This document shows positions 62,449 through 64,000 of a stretch of DNA of 64,000 nt, one piece after another. The notes under the pieces are model-generated. The model did not search any database. It saw nothing but the letters and a program-made list of their open reading frames with translations, and was not told where the DNA came from. This stretch comes from an uncultured Actinomycetes bacterium (GTDB taxonomy: Bacteria > Actinomycetota > Thermoleophilia > UBA2241): contig CAVPVX010000006.1 of the NCBI GenBank assembly GCA_963709345.1, forward strand, positions 46,827 to 110,826, given 5' to 3'. Position 1 is the first letter of the stretch. Each line of letters begins with the position of its first letter. Made by a program: the position numbers and the translations under genes.

Positions 62449-63849
62449 GTGCTCGTCGTCGTCGCCGGCATCTCGCACAAGACCGCTCCGCTCGACCTGC
62501 GCGAGCGTCTCGCGCTCGACGAGGCGTCGTCGCTGAAGCTCGCCCAGGAACTGCTCGACGAACGAGTCGCCTGCGAGGCGGTCGCTCTGAGCACCTGCAA
62601 CCGCACCGAGGTGTACCTGTACGGGCGCGACTCGCTGGCGGCTCGCCAGGCGGCCCTCGCGCGTCTGGCGCGGCGAGCCGGCGTCGAGCCGGGAGAGCTC
62701 GAGCCGAGCCTGTACAGCTACTCCGGTGATGGCGCCATCGCCCACCTGTTTCGCGTGACCTCCGGCCTCGACTCCATGGTCGTCGGCGAGGACCAGATCG
62801 TCGCCCAGCTCAAGGCGGCGTACCAGCAGGCGTGTGAGGGCGGCTGCACAAGCGTTGTCTTCAACCGCCTGTTCCGGCATGCCCTCGAGGTGGGAAAGCG
62901 CGTGCGCACCGAGACGGCGATCGGGGAGCGTCCGGTGAGCGTCAGCTCGGCGGCGGTCCAGCTCGCTCTCCAGGTGTTCGGGAAGTTCAAGGACCACAGC
63001 GCGCTCATCGTCGGCGCCGGCGAGACGAGCGAGCTGACGGCGACGCACCTCAAGGCGAACGGCATCGAGGACATTCTGGTCACGACGCGGACGCTGAGCG
63101 GCGCCGAGGACCTGGCGGGCAGGATCGGCGGCCGCGCCGTGCCCTTTGAGGAGCTCGAGAAGCACCTGTCGGCAGTCGACATCGTGATCAGCTCCACGTC
63201 GGCGCCGCACTACGTGATCGCCAGGGAACAGGTGGAGCGCGCGCTCAAGCGGCGTCGCCACCGCCCCATCTTCTTCATCGACATCGCCGTACCCCGGGAT
63301 CTCGACCCCGAGATCGAGCGGGTGCGCAACGCGTATCTCTACGACATCGACGATCTGCAGCACATGGTCGCCCGCAACCGCGAGGAACGTGTGAAGGAGG
63401 TCCGGCACGCGGAGCGCATCGTCGAGGAGGAGCTGGCCGGCGTGAACGCCTGGCTGCGGAGTCTCGAAGTGGTTCCGACGATCGCCACGCTGCGCGAGAC
63501 CGTGGAGCAGATCCGTCGCGCCGAGCTCGACCGTCTCGGAGGCAAGATGAGCGACCTCACCGACGGGCAGCGCGCCCGTGTCGAGATGCTCACGGCGAGC
63601 ATCGTGAACAAGATCCTGCATGCGCCGACTGTGAAGATGAAGGAGGTCGCCGGCCACGACCAGTGCTACCTGTACGTCGACGCCGTGCGGACTCTCTTCG
63701 ACCTCGACGGCGGCGAGACGGCCGCAGAGCCGGCGGCCGGGACGGCGGAGCAGGCGGCCGACGGCTCGGTGCCGGCGCCGGCGAGCGCAGACGCTCCTCC
63801 GCCGGCGACTGTGCACCGCTTCCCCGGGACCGGGACCGAAGACGCATGA
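62449..63849 (+). CDS. hemA: Glutamyl-tRNA reductase
   Basis: GISHKTAP, STCNRTE, SGLDSMVVGEDQI, GAGE, DIAVPRD. Confidence 0.96.
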   Translation: MLVVVAGISHKTAPLDLRERLALDEASSLKLAQELLDERVACEAVALSTCNRTEVYLYGRDSLAARQAALARLARRAGVEPGELEPSLYSYSGDGAIAHLFRVTSGLDSMVVGEDQIVAQLKAAYQQACEGGCTSVVFNRLFRHALEVGKRVRTETAIGERPVSVSSAAVQLALQVFGKFKDHSALIVGAGETSELTATHLKANGIEDILVTTRTLSGAEDLAGRIGGRAVPFEELEKHLSAVDIVISSTSAPHYVIAREQVERALKRRRHRPIFFIDIAVPRDLDPEIERVRNAYLYDIDDLQHMVARNREERVKEVRHAERIVEEELAGVNAWLRSLEVVPTIATLRETVEQIRRAELDRLGGKMSDLTDGQRARVEMLTASIVNKILHAPTVKMKEVAGHDQCYLYVDAVRTLFDLDGGETAAEPAAGTAEQAADGSVPAPASADAPPPATVHRFPGTGTEDA

Positions 63850-64000
63850 CGGACATCGTCCGCATCGGCTCCCGCGGCTCGCGACTCGCGCTCATCCAGA
63901 GCGAGTGGGTGCGCGACCGGATCCGCGAGCGCCTCCCCGACACCCCGGTCGAGATCGAGGTGATCCACACGAAGGGCGACAGGCTGCTCGACGCGCCGCT
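63846..64000 (+). CDS. hemC: Hydroxymethylbilane synthase (5' part, runs off the window)
   Basis: RIGSRGSRLALIQS, IHTKGDRLLD. Confidence 0.9.
   Translation, partial: MTDIVRIGSRGSRLALIQSEWVRDRIRERLPDTPVEIEVIHTKGDRLLDAP

Overview
High-GC (about 70% by eye) bacterial chromosome window. Gene content, TANNNT leaderless promoters and signal-peptide style suggest an anaerobic or facultative Actinomycetota such as Thermoleophilia (inference). Contents from left to right: (1) aroA and purine genes (purB, purE, purD, purA, later purC) interleaved with a small paralogous family of surface proteins, two RidA genes, a GH88-CBM32 hydrolase and a CocE hydrolase. (2) A redox cluster (nitroreductase, then Rieske, glutaredoxin, ferredoxin:thioredoxin reductase catalytic subunit, Rieske, SOD) with a SigB/SigF-like promoter before the first Rieske gene. 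(3) rsgA preceded by a leader uORF, then mscL, an atypical PEPCK-like gene, pabB/pabC-like genes and dnaB. (4) A lower-GC island carrying integron attC sites but no integrase (CALIN remnant). (5) rpsF-ssb-rpsR-rplI with an S6:S18 leader and two aldehyde dehydrogenases. (6) The highlight: a Moco/Wco riboswitch heading an operon of three exported proteins built from seven sulfite-oxidase-fold-like domains (one duplicated exactly, 537-bp period), followed by both WtpABC and TupABC tungstate transporters, Mop, moaA, moaC and a MOSC-MogA fusion. (7) A CxxxY-type ccmEFABCD operon, ccsA/hemX, hemA and partial hemC. Six single-base frameshifts, one in essential rpsR, point to consensus errors in the assembly. 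All calls come from manual motif recognition; no searches were run.
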